A stretch of 63,289 nucleotides of DNA from Leptospirales bacterium (GCA_040326155.1 JBEQLE010000017.1:1-63289), one strand, 5' to 3'; positions 54,849 through 63,289 are shown, counted from the stretch's first letter. Made by a program: numbers and translations. Notes: generated by a model not told the origin, from the letters alone.

Positions 54849-55754
54849 ATGGCAGACAAAAAGAAAAAAGAACCAAAATATTTCAGGCAAAAGTTTTTGC
54901 TGGCTTTGCTTCAGAAATTTGGTGGAAAATTACACAAGACCGACCTTCAGAAATATCTTTTTTTATACAATCAAGAATTTACAGATAAACCTCACTATTA
55001 TTTTCTGCCCTATAAATTTGGTCCTTTTTCTTTTCAGGCATACGCCGATGTACGCAGGTTGAATGATCTGGGCCATCTTGCCAACGAAGACCATATTGAA
55101 AAAGTAGATACTTATGATTATACTGCCTCTTTGCATGAGAAAGATCAAAAAGCACTTATTCCTTTTTTTGAAAAGTACTGCCTACTAAAAGGCAATGCTT
55201 TGATAAAATATATTTATGAACGTTATCCCTACTATTCGATTAAAAGTGAAATTAAAGAACGCATTCTTGGCGAAAAGTCATCAGGTATGATGCCAAAAGA
55301 AAGCCCGGCAAAAACAAACGCCGAATTTTTCACCATGGGTTATGAAGGTATAACCGTTGATCAGTATTTGAATAATATTGTTCAACAAGAAATCTCTGCC
55401 GTGATCGATGTACGAAAAAACCCGATCAGCATGAAGTATGGTTTTTCTAAAACACAGTTAAGTAAAATGCTTGGCAATATTGGCGTAAACTACCAACATA
55501 TGCCCGACCTGGGCATTGAGTCTGCTTCGAGACAAGACCTTTCTTCTTTTGGAAAATATCAACAATTGTTTGATGAGTATGAACAATCGACTTTAAATTA
55601 TCAACACAAGGCGATAAATGCCATTGCTGAAAGTTATTATGAAAATAAAAGGGTGATGTTAACCTGCTTTGAAAAAGATTATAACTATTGCCACCGCTCC
55701 AGGGTTAGTAATGCGATTGAAAAAAAACTGGGCATTGAAACAAAGCATCTATGA
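54849..55754 (+). CDS. DUF488 family protein with N-terminal SocA-like helical domain
   Basis: 'FTMGYEG', 'IDVRKNPISMKYGFSK', 'H..DLGI', 'LTCFEKD...CHR'; N-terminal 'LQKYLFL...PYKFGPFS'. Confidence 0.85.
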   Translation: MADKKKKEPKYFRQKFLLALLQKFGGKLHKTDLQKYLFLYNQEFTDKPHYYFLPYKFGPFSFQAYADVRRLNDLGHLANEDHIEKVDTYDYTASLHEKDQKALIPFFEKYCLLKGNALIKYIYERYPYYSIKSEIKERILGEKSSGMMPKESPAKTNAEFFTMGYEGITVDQYLNNIVQQEISAVIDVRKNPISMKYGFSKTQLSKMLGNIGVNYQHMPDLGIESASRQDLSSFGKYQQLFDEYEQSTLNYQHKAINAIAESYYENKRVMLTCFEKDYNYCHRSRVSNAIEKKLGIETKHL

Positions 55755-55963
55755 TATTAGAAAACGCTAAGATATTAATTCTTGTTAAAACTTACCCGGT
55801 TCTTTCCAAAAAATACTCGGATGAATTTATGGAAAAAGATATTTATCTGTTTCTGGGAACCACCCGTCAATACCACGGCTGGGCTAAAAATCCATTTGTA
55901 ATTATTGGTGTATTTTATCCACCTAAAAGCGAAAGCGTGTCAGATCTTTTTTCGCAGGAATAA
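55751..55963 (+). pseudogene. DUF488-partner gene with in-frame internal deletion
   Basis: N-terminal 'ILVKTYPVLSKKY' joined directly to C-terminal 'DEF..KDIYLFLGTT...NPFVIIGVFYPP'; recalled homologs are several times longer. Confidence 0.65.
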
Positions 55964-56207
55964 TCACCATAACGAAACAACATGAATATGTTGATATAGT
56001 GCATTACATTGAAAAATGTGATATATTATTGCCAGTGTATTGCATTATTATAGAATATGCGATACATGACTTGGTTTCTAAAGAAAACCGTTATAATTTT
56101 AAAAGTAGCATACACCGTTTTAGCGGCCTTATACTTTTGTGCAGCAAAAGGGGAAAAGTCTTTCCCCTGGTTCCGACCGCCACGGCGTTCTCCACCACCC
56201 CATACGG

Positions 56208-56292
56208 TTTATTCTGGTTATTGAATTTTTGTTGGGGTTATTACCATCGATTCCGCTATGCGATAATTTTAAAGAATCTTTTTGCTTGTCGA
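56208..56292 (-). repeat. Second copy of the RAYT-tail-like segment
   Basis: Exact 27-mer ATTTTAAAGAATCTTTTTGCTTGTCGA and 16-mer TTTGTTGGGGTTATTA shared with 51465-51535. Confidence 0.7.
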
Positions 56293-56367
56293 AAGATCTT
56301 CTGTTTAAGAACATGATTGAAGTCTGTAAAAAATAACCAAGCAATGTTTAAAACAAAGGAAAGGAAA

Positions 56368-56733
56368 ATGGGAAACACAGAAGAAACCGATTTATTAAAA
56401 GCTAAAGATGAAATTAAAGATATCTTAAAACAGAACGCTTCGAAAAGAGCGATGATACCCTATTCAGACTTAGTTGCTAACCTACAATCGATGCGGCTTG
56501 AAGCGCACGATACTCGTTTATTCAGATTGCTGGGTGATATCTCGGTTGAGGAAAATGAAGAAGGGCGTGGCATGCTTAGTGTTATTGTGGTTCATAAACA
56601 CGGAGATGTGCAACCTGGTCCCGGCTTTTTTGAGCTGGCAAAACAACTGGGAAGAGATACTTCAGATATTTTGCAGTGTTGGGTGGATGAATTGAAAAAG
56701 GTTCATTACTATTGGAGTACGCTGGAAAAGTAA
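56368..56733 (+). CDS. Hypothetical protein (possible winged helix)
   Basis: 'IPYSDLV', 'LLGDIS..E...GRGMLSVIVVHK...PGPGFF.LA'; AAGGAAAGG RBS. Confidence 0.7.
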   Translation: MGNTEETDLLKAKDEIKDILKQNASKRAMIPYSDLVANLQSMRLEAHDTRLFRLLGDISVEENEEGRGMLSVIVVHKHGDVQPGPGFFELAKQLGRDTSDILQCWVDELKKVHYYWSTLEK

Positions 56734-56790
56734 ATTATCTTTATTCGCTGTCAATTATTTTAGAGTATTGTCAGCTGACTTTGCTTTGTG

Positions 56791-56875
56791 TCAACTATCG
56801 AGATGCACTGTCGCTTGGCCATTCATCAGCGTCGGCAAAAGCCAGTAGCGCTGTGTAGTAAGCGATTGATTTCCC
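56791..56875 (-). pseudogene. hsdS C-terminal tail of a second family
   Basis: 'NQSLTTQRYWLLPTLMNGQATV' matches the 'LRD.LLP.LM.G' HsdS end. Confidence 0.7.
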
Positions 56876-56946
56876 TGTTTGTCATGTTAAGAAAAACGCA
56901 TTTCGTTAACATGTGGTCATGACCGTGTTAACAAAACTTCCTTTTT

Positions 56947-57194
56947 TACTCAGACGTTTTTGGTATAAATAGGTTAAATAAGGGTTCATTGATATAAAAG
57001 CTATGTTTACCAAGCTTTTCTTTTTTTAATAAGCCATCGGAAGCAAGTTCGTCAAGGTCACAGATTGTGACCTTGAAAAACTTGACTCAGCATCAGTTAA
57101 TTGAAACATAAAGTCTTCTGGAAACCTTTTTATATTACGCTTCACCTGTTCATTTAAACGTGTTCGGAGTTTACGTGTTGGATTACCAGGCAAT
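56947..57194 (-). pseudogene. Chimeric remnant: ORF6N fragment + Fic-type C-terminal tail
   Basis: 'RLNEQVKRNIKRFPEDFMFQLT...RSQSVTL' followed in another frame by 'LDELASDGLLKKEKLGKHSFYINEPLFNL'. Confidence 0.7.
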
Positions 57195-57395
57195 TCTCTG
57201 ATCTTTTAGAATTTCTTCTTTTGTTTTCTCGTAGTTAGATATTTTTTTTAGAAGTCTTTTATGACCATTTTTTGTTTGGTACAAAATGCCATTATCAAAC
57301 TGAATAAAATTATAGTTGTGTCGTTTAGCCCTTTTTCTGGCTTTTGATGCCGCGCTTTCAGGGGCTTTAATTAATTGTTGTGTTTCTTTACTCAT
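57183..57395 (-). CDS. Small basic hypothetical protein
   Basis: 70-aa ORF starting MSKETQQ; no family recognised with confidence. Confidence 0.45.
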   Translation of the reverse strand: MSKETQQLIKAPESAASKARKRAKRHNYNFIQFDNGILYQTKNGHKRLLKKISNYEKTKEEILKDQRIAW

Positions 57396-57604
57396 AGCAA
57401 CTACTCTAATTATCAATAGACAAAAAACCAACCTGACAGCAAGTATATTTTTCAAAAGCTTTGTACACATCATCTTGGCTCAAAGTCAGAATTGAGGGTA
57501 GAGGTCATTGCAAAAGACTAGCGGTTATAATTGTAATTGGATGACGCCGTCGAAGAAGTTCTTCATGCGAATTTCTATGGGGGGTGTGGTATTTTATCCC
57601 CCAC

Positions 57605-57820
57605 CTACAGCTCCCCCCGAAACGCCCGTTGGCTCAACGACCCATACAGATTTTCCAGCTCGCTCAAGCTCTCATTGTATCTACCTTTCATCGCTTCGAT
57701 TTTTTCAGCAACGGCGGCGAATTTGTTTTGTAGGGGGAGGGGTGGAACTTCTATTTTATGCTCTAGTAGTTTAGTTTTTGAAATATTTGGCATAGAACCA
57801 GCTGCACCGCCAACCATCAT
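57605..57820 (-). pseudogene. hsdS: hsdS of a third family, internally deleted
   Basis: Coupled start 'MMVG' joined to 'GSMPNISK..L....I.VPPLPLQNKFA...LYGSLSQRAFRGEL'. Confidence 0.85.
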
Positions 57821-58635
57821 TTCTTTCCGCCCATTTTTTTCACGGCATGATCGGCATACAAAAGTTTCATCTGCTGAATCGCGATTAGATTTAATTTCTG
57901 TAATCGTTCACTTTGTTTTATACCGTCATGTATAAAATGTGCGTTTAAATTTTCGAGGTTGGAAAGGCAGACAAGTTGCGAGACATCTGCATGGTCGCGG
58001 ATATTTCCTTTGTCTTTGGGGTGTTCCTCTCTCCATTGGCGCGCGGTTTTACCAAACAGGGCCATGTTGAGAACATCAGCTTCTGATGCGTATATATTAC
58101 TTATCTGGATTTTGGATAATGCAGATGGAACCAGGTTGTTCTTAATGGCGTCTGTGTGAATGCGGTAATTGATTTTGGCAAGGTTTCTGCGAATGTCCCA
58201 GCCGAGTTGTTTGCGTTCACCTTCCTTGAGACGTTGAAATTCCTTAATGAGGTAGAGTTTAAATTCAACGGAAATCCACGACGCGAACTCAAATGCAATA
58301 TCTTTATGCGCGTAGGTCCCGCCATAACGACCCGCCTTTGATTTCAAACCTATAGCGCCTGTCTTTTTGATCCACTGCTTAGGAGTAAGCGTAAAGCTGT
58401 TTAAACCAGCTTGTTTTTTAAACCCGTCGAATTCCACGGGTTTAAAATCGGGGTTGTTTAATTGCTCCCATATTCCGAGAAATTCTATTGTATTTCGATT
58501 TCGGAGCCAGTTCCGAATCAGGTCATCCGTTCGCTCCGCATTTTTATATTTCGCAATATCAGTTATACAAATATAATCCCCATCATTTTGAGTGTATACA
58601 ACGACGTCTTTATCTAATACGGTTATTTTAGCCAT
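57817..58635 (-). CDS. KilA-N domain-containing protein
   Basis: 'DYICITDIAK', 'NWLRNRNTIEFLGIWE', 'GRYGGTYAHKDIAFEFASWIS'. Confidence 0.92.
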   Translation of the reverse strand: MAKITVLDKDVVVYTQNDGDYICITDIAKYKNAERTDDLIRNWLRNRNTIEFLGIWEQLNNPDFKPVEFDGFKKQAGLNSFTLTPKQWIKKTGAIGLKSKAGRYGGTYAHKDIAFEFASWISVEFKLYLIKEFQRLKEGERKQLGWDIRRNLAKINYRIHTDAIKNNLVPSALSKIQISNIYASEADVLNMALFGKTARQWREEHPKDKGNIRDHADVSQLVCLSNLENLNAHFIHDGIKQSERLQKLNLIAIQQMKLLYADHAVKKMGGKK

Positions 58636-58659
58636 CCCAACAATCCCCTACTCATTTTC

Positions 58660-58740
58660 TCACCTCCGTGCCCTTTGCGCATCGGCAATTCGCTCTTTCA
58701 AGGCGTCGCAGATCGGCACCAGCGAATCGACCTATTGCAA
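58660..58740 (-). pseudogene. hsdS C-terminal tail repeat, diverged copy 3
   Basis: 'Q*VDSLVPICDALKERIADAQ'. Confidence 0.75.
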
Positions 58741-58751
58741 AAGACTAGCGA

Positions 58752-59030
58752 TTAGTGAGATTTACCCATTGGTGGATATTTTATTATAGCGCCTGCACGA
58801 ATTTTTTTACGTACTTCCGTATCAAAATGTCCGTTGTTTATGTTAGAAACACGAACCCAATACTTTTCATTTGATAGGGTTATTGCTTCTGGTTCGACAT
58901 CTTCTATTTTGTAGTTTAATAATTGTGTTGAAGTCATACGTAATTAAAATAACTAAATCTTAATACTTTGGCATAAATTAATGAACAACATAACCTGGTT
59001 CTGAGGTTCTTTTAAAATAAATTTATCCAT
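58752..59030 (-). pseudogene. Probable disrupted cargo gene of unknown family
   Basis: ATG just after the hsdR stop, early stops, then a 61-aa open tail. Confidence 0.3.
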
Positions 59031-59043
59031 TGTAAATTCTACC

Positions 59044-59655
59044 CTATCCCGTCATCCCCGTAACAAACACTTCTACAAATTCTTTCATCTTCGCGAGAAT
59101 TTTTTCACCGATGGAGGCTGCCTCTAATACACTCGGACGATTATCGAGGCATTTGTAAATGTCTTCGCGAAGGGGTTCTTGTTCACTATAGATATACGCG
59201 TCGATCAATGATTGAAATTGTTTCCGGTCGAGTTTTTCGTCTTCGCAGATTTTGCCCAGGGCCAGAACTTTTTGGTCTTGCCAGTATTTTTCAAACTTAT
59301 CTGCGATGGCATCGGTATTATCTATGTGCGGAAGGTGTTCTTCAATAAATTTTTCGATGAGTTCACGTTTACTGCGTAAGTCGATATCACCGGCAAGCAT
59401 ATCCATAATCGCCTTTTTCTGTTTTACGGTTTCTTCTTCATCTGCGTTTTTGAGTTTTCCCAGTAATTTTAAAATATACACTCGGTCAATAACGTCGCGG
59501 TGAATAAGTTCGACCTCAAAATCAACATCGTCTAATATCGATGTTTTCTTTTTGGAATGATCGCTCTTTACTTTTTGCCGTAAGTCAAGATACTTTCCCT
59601 TGTAGTCTGAAAAGCTCTGCTCGTCCATGGGTAAGTCGTCCCAGGTGAAATCGGC
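59044..59655 (-). pseudogene. hsdR: Type I restriction subunit R C-terminal fragment (EcoR124_C-like)
   Basis: 'DFTWDDL.MDEQSFSDYKGKYLDL', 'DDVDFEVELIHRDVI...YIL.LL', 'LRSKRELIEKFI'; no helicase or nuclease part. Confidence 0.85.
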
Positions 59656-59897
59656 TCATTACCCGTTTTCGATTTCAATAAAAACAGACCGCGACCAGCC
59701 CTTTCAAAAATAGAACTCGAGTTATACTTTGTATCCTGGTAAAGCTGGGCGCCCATGGTCGCCGAAGGCGTTTGACCGTCGGTAATTAATATCCCTTTTT
59801 CCAGTGCCAACTCTGTAATTTCATTCGTATGCATCGCCCGGTTGTTCTCTTCTAAAATATACTTGGCGGCGTCTTTAAAGGTTCGAGTTGTTTTCAT
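59568..59897 (-). pseudogene. HARE-HTH (HB1/ASXL/restriction endonuclease wHTH) N-terminus running out of frame into the hsdR remnant
   Basis: 'TFKDAA..IL.....MH..EI...AL..G.....GQTP.ATM.AQLY...F...GRGLF.L'. Confidence 0.75.
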
Positions 59898-59913
59898 ATT
59901 ATGGGTTCCTTAT

Positions 59914-61152
59914 TTAGTGCTCTCGGAAGGCATCCTGAATTTTACGCATCGTGTTCGGGGTAGTCGGCAGGTTATTGTATTTGTTGTAAAATAAATAAAC
60001 AGATTCACTACAATGTAATGAAGTGTTTTGGGAATAAAATCGATGCTCACCTTTGTAAGTAGTGCTAGTATCTGGCTCATTCCAACCCGAACTAACAATA
60101 GCTAAAAACAATAAGTTATCGTACTTATACACTTCTTCTTCCAGTTTAGCAACAACATCTGCCATATTCCAGCCAAAGGTAGAATGAGGATATATAATCA
60201 GTATTGATTGTACATTTTTGGGAAGTTGTTTTTGTTTTTCTTTCATTTTTCTTTTTATACGATAAATTTCATTAACATCCCCAAGTGGTGAACTGAAAGA
60301 ACCTGTCCGTAATGAGTTCATTCTCATCCACTCTTCATATTCTTTTTCGCCATGCATTGACATGCCTATAGTGATCTCTTCATTATCAATACATTGAAAA
60401 ATTTCACTGGATTTTAATTTTTCTATTTTCTCTTCAAGCACCTTTATTATTTCATTCGTTGTATTTTCGGATAAGACTTTATTAAGACGACCTCCATAGT
60501 GCAATGGATAAACATCGAGGTTTCTCATAATAAAATCCATAATAGTGTCAGAAGGTTTCTGGGCTTCTTTTTGCTGATCGGCGACAGCCACTTCGGAAAT
60601 TTCGATGACAATCTCATCGTCGTTATCATTATTACGAAGACGCAAATCGGGTTTTTTCATTGTCCCTTCTATCTCAATTTCCGGTTCGATTGTAACATTA
60701 AAACCCGCCTTGATAAATCGGTGGGTATTACGAATTACCTCAAATTTTTCTTTTGCATTTGCAGGGTTTTTATACTCTATAAAAATATTAGTATCGTCAA
60801 TTTTTGAACGAATATTTTTGATCATTTCGCTGAACCAGATAAACCAATGCCTTGTCCATGCTGCTCTGTTGATGAGATACTGACTTAGTCGATGTTCGTT
60901 CTTCATCACTTCTATTGGAAATTCGCTTCCAAAAACATCTTCCATTACCTTAAAAGCATGTTTGATTTTACGTTTGTCGAGATCAGTATACTTGACACTC
61001 TCTTGTACTTCTTTGACGAGAGATACCCAACTGTATTTTTCTTGCAGGTATAGGAGTCTGCTTTCTTCGGTTTCACCTGGGAATAAATGCATAATCATAC
61101 CCATATTTATTTTGCTGCATAAATTGTCATACAGAAATTCATCATCCAACAC
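59914..61152 (-). CDS. Hypothetical protein with restriction-endonuclease-like motif
   Basis: 412-aa intact ORF; 'EP......KKPDLRL.......IVIEIS'. Confidence 0.55.
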   Translation of the reverse strand: MLDDEFLYDNLCSKINMGMIMHLFPGETEESRLLYLQEKYSWVSLVKEVQESVKYTDLDKRKIKHAFKVMEDVFGSEFPIEVMKNEHRLSQYLINRAAWTRHWFIWFSEMIKNIRSKIDDTNIFIEYKNPANAKEKFEVIRNTHRFIKAGFNVTIEPEIEIEGTMKKPDLRLRNNDNDDEIVIEISEVAVADQQKEAQKPSDTIMDFIMRNLDVYPLHYGGRLNKVLSENTTNEIIKVLEEKIEKLKSSEIFQCIDNEEITIGMSMHGEKEYEEWMRMNSLRTGSFSSPLGDVNEIYRIKRKMKEKQKQLPKNVQSILIIYPHSTFGWNMADVVAKLEEEVYKYDNLLFLAIVSSGWNEPDTSTTYKGEHRFYSQNTSLHCSESVYLFYNKYNNLPTTPNTMRKIQDAFREH

Positions 61153-61265
61153 CCAACCACAGCATCAGCCAACTTCACCTGCGTCGCCTGCACTTCGGAA
61201 ATTCGTTCTTTCAAGACATCGCAGATCGCCATGAGTTCATCGACTTTTTGGAAAATTCGTTTTTG
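61153..61265 (-). pseudogene. hsdS C-terminal tail repeat, copy 4
   Basis: 'QKRIFQKVDELMAICDVLKERISEVQATQVKLADAVVG'. Confidence 0.88.
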
Positions 61266-61325
61266 CAGTGTTGGGTGGATGAATTGAAAAAGGTTCATTA
61301 CTATTGGAGTACGGTGGATAAGTAG
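61261..61325 (+). repeat. 65-bp duplicate of the 3' end of gene 56368-56733
   Basis: 62/65 identical to 56669-56733 by eye, ending at the stop codon. Confidence 0.9.
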
Positions 61326-61374
61326 TCTATCCAGGCTATTAATATCCACGCTAGTATAGTGCATGCATAGAAGA

Positions 61375-62508
61375 TTAAACTAATAGTTCCGACGCTTTTC
61401 TGTATTTCAATTCACTTTTTGCCAGATTTAGCATTCTTTCAACATATTCAAAGCGATTTTTTTCAAACCAAATCCCGGTAATGCCAAGTTTTACTAAATA
61501 TTCATTACGTTCAACCAACTTCTTTTCATTTTCAGGTGCCTGCTCAATTGCAAAATGGTTTAAACGACCAACATCACCTATATCCTCCTGTATCGAGCGA
61601 AACACTTGAACTGTTCGATCATTATTCAAGCCGCAGCCTAAGAATAAAAGGCTACTGTTTTTATAATAATAGTCCAGTAATTTTGGAATAGGGAGCTTCA
61701 AGTCGACTATACCCATGCCATATGCATGGTCATATTGCTTTTTGCTGAAAATGCATTTCTCTGGCTCGCTTACACCACCATGCAACTTAATGATTGTAAC
61801 ACGATCACTGGCCAGCTTTTCCATTGCATTTAGACCATTGATAACCTGATAGGGCTTATCCTTGCCTGTCTCAAATGTTTGTTCTATCACCCTGTCATAA
61901 TTTGTAGTAATAACTGTATCAGTAAATAATTCAGCAATTAACCAATTTGCCTTTGCTTTTATTAATGCGCCAGATACACTAAAGACATCTATAATTTCTT
62001 GAGTAAAAACATTGCGGCCACGCGTGTTCTCAATTTCTTCAACAACTTCTTCATATTTACCTGATTCTAATAATGCTTCAACATGCTTTGGATCAAGCCC
62101 TGCCGTTCTGCCTTGTTGTTTTAAGTGCTCTTGCCAAGTAGGAAAATCGGCATCTTGCGATATACCGGCCCCAACAAAAGGGATAACAGTGCCGGAATCA
62201 ATTTTTTCTAACAATTGATCAAAACGGCTAAGGTTTCTACTAAACCAATGCTCATCACTAAATTTAATGTTAAAAAATGACTCATTTAGTGTTTTATGAC
62301 GTTGCTCTATTCTATACTCTTGATAAGCTTGAACATATGCAAGTCTATCACTGACATAAAAAACTTTACTAGCCTGCGCTAAACCGTCCAAGCCTGCTTC
62401 TATACGTATATTAGCACCTTCATCACTTTCAAGCCATTGATTAAAATCTAAATAATAATCATAAATATTATGACCGTCTTTTTCACACCATGTTTTTGAA
62501 GCATTCAT
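61375..62508 (-). CDS. SIR2-like domain protein
   Basis: 'PFVGAGIS....PTW', 'ITTNYD', 'IKLHG', 'LLFLGCGL.ND'. Confidence 0.88.
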   Translation of the reverse strand: MNASKTWCEKDGHNIYDYYLDFNQWLESDEGANIRIEAGLDGLAQASKVFYVSDRLAYVQAYQEYRIEQRHKTLNESFFNIKFSDEHWFSRNLSRFDQLLEKIDSGTVIPFVGAGISQDADFPTWQEHLKQQGRTAGLDPKHVEALLESGKYEEVVEEIENTRGRNVFTQEIIDVFSVSGALIKAKANWLIAELFTDTVITTNYDRVIEQTFETGKDKPYQVINGLNAMEKLASDRVTIIKLHGGVSEPEKCIFSKKQYDHAYGMGIVDLKLPIPKLLDYYYKNSSLLFLGCGLNNDRTVQVFRSIQEDIGDVGRLNHFAIEQAPENEKKLVERNEYLVKLGITGIWFEKNRFEYVERMLNLAKSELKYRKASELLV

Positions 62509-62592
62509 ATCTATTTTTATATATTCCTTTTACGTAACGGCTCCCCTAGGCATTAGTTAGGTTCAGCATCTCGATGTTCTCAAAGCACCACA

Positions 62593-63246
62593 TCAATATC
62601 CATGGGGGCAATATTGAAAATATAGAAACAGCCCGCCTATCAAGGATATTGATATAAGTAACAACCAATTCATCTTGTCGCTTTCAACACGTTTCCAAAT
62701 AGCGCTTTTATTTTCTTTTCGGAAATCTTTCAAATTGAAATCTGTTATATAAAGTGTTTTTGCAGCTTCTGATAAATAATCAGGCGTACCGGTAATCTTA
62801 TATAATAACTTTTTATATTCAATGACTTTCTTCTCAGTTCTAAAAGAAAAATATATACAAGCAAGTAAGGCAGCAGCAAGAAGTAAAAAGCCCGTAAATT
62901 TAAAAAATTCATGTAAACCCGGTTTTTCGAAATAAGTAGCAAAGCAACCCAGCGCCACAGTAATTAAAAAAGTAGTGAGCGCCGACCTTACATTGCTGTA
63001 ATGACGAATTTCATTACCTGCTTCTATGTATAGGGTTCTAATATTTTCTTCCATATTCATTTCTTCCTTTTTTGCTTTATCTATTTTAGTCGACAACTTA
63101 CCCTTCGTATCATTAGGAACTCTTGTTTTTTCTCCAGACTTTTCCCCAAAAAACCAATTCTTGGCTGTCAGCAATAATGATTTAGATTTCGCATATCCGG
63201 GTTTTAAGTAATTTATTATAACTGTAAATTTTTCACCCATATTCAC
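62593..63246 (-). CDS. Hypothetical membrane protein (about 3 TM helices)
   Basis: Intact ORF with three hydrophobic segments; GTG overlaps the hsdS-tail stop (GTGA), though a later start is possible. Confidence 0.6.
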   Translation of the reverse strand: MNMGEKFTVIINYLKPGYAKSKSLLLTAKNWFFGEKSGEKTRVPNDTKGKLSTKIDKAKKEEMNMEENIRTLYIEAGNEIRHYSNVRSALTTFLITVALGCFATYFEKPGLHEFFKFTGFLLLAAALLACIYFSFRTEKKVIEYKKLLYKITGTPDYLSEAAKTLYITDFNLKDFRKENKSAIWKRVESDKMNWLLLISISLIGGLFLYFQYCPHGY

Positions 63247-63289
63247 CGCACACTCGCCACAGCATCAGCCAACTTCACCTGCGTCGCCT
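63243..63289 (-). repeat. hsdS C-terminal tail repeat, copy 5 (cut by window end)
   Basis: 'ATQVKLADAVASVR*'; near-identical to copy 1. Confidence 0.85.

Larger units (their letters stand above)
47859..63289. other. Accessory defence-type island downstream of tRNA-Ala, rich in type I R-M remnants
   Basis: hsdS/hsdR fragments, Fic, KilA-N, SIR2-like, DUF488, DUF2161; no integrase seen in the window. Confidence 0.75.

Noticed and set aside
62531..62561. Functional integron attC site
   Set aside because: ACCTAAC..GTTACGT spans only ~31 bp, lacks L boxes, and no intI is seen; kept only as a weak hint.
52991..63289. hsdS shufflon (invertible phase-variable type I R-M)
   Set aside because: All tails are co-oriented, no target-recognition domains remain, and no invertase is present in the window.

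Overview
This is a bacterial chromosomal window of moderately low GC, most likely from a Leptospirales-like spirochaete (inference from the L34 'KLTVSDE' extension, FG-GAP and Ig-repeat lipoproteins, and gene content). It has three zones. (1) 1-30 kb: envelope and metabolic genes, a collapsed EcoR124-like type I R-M locus that keeps only a RhuM-family gene, and a compact cluster of heme-oxygenase-like diiron oxidase + racemase + adenylating enzyme. (2) 30-47.8 kb: core block of 4 tRNAs, secE-nusG-rplKAJL-rpoBC, followed unusually by rpmH-rnpA-yidD (no yidC), then ndk, ispA, tlyA, rimK-like and tRNA-Ala. (3) 47.9-63.3 kb: an integrase-free defence-type island. Here five co-oriented copies of an hsdS C-terminal tail each precede a different cargo gene, interleaved with other hsd remnants, KilA-N, SIR2-like, DUF488, DUF2161, Fic and an ImmA-like protease. 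Many accessory genes appear to have lost their middles by short-homology deletion. A ~112-bp two-hairpin repeat with compensatory base changes occurs five times. All family assignments are motif recognition from memory, not database searches.
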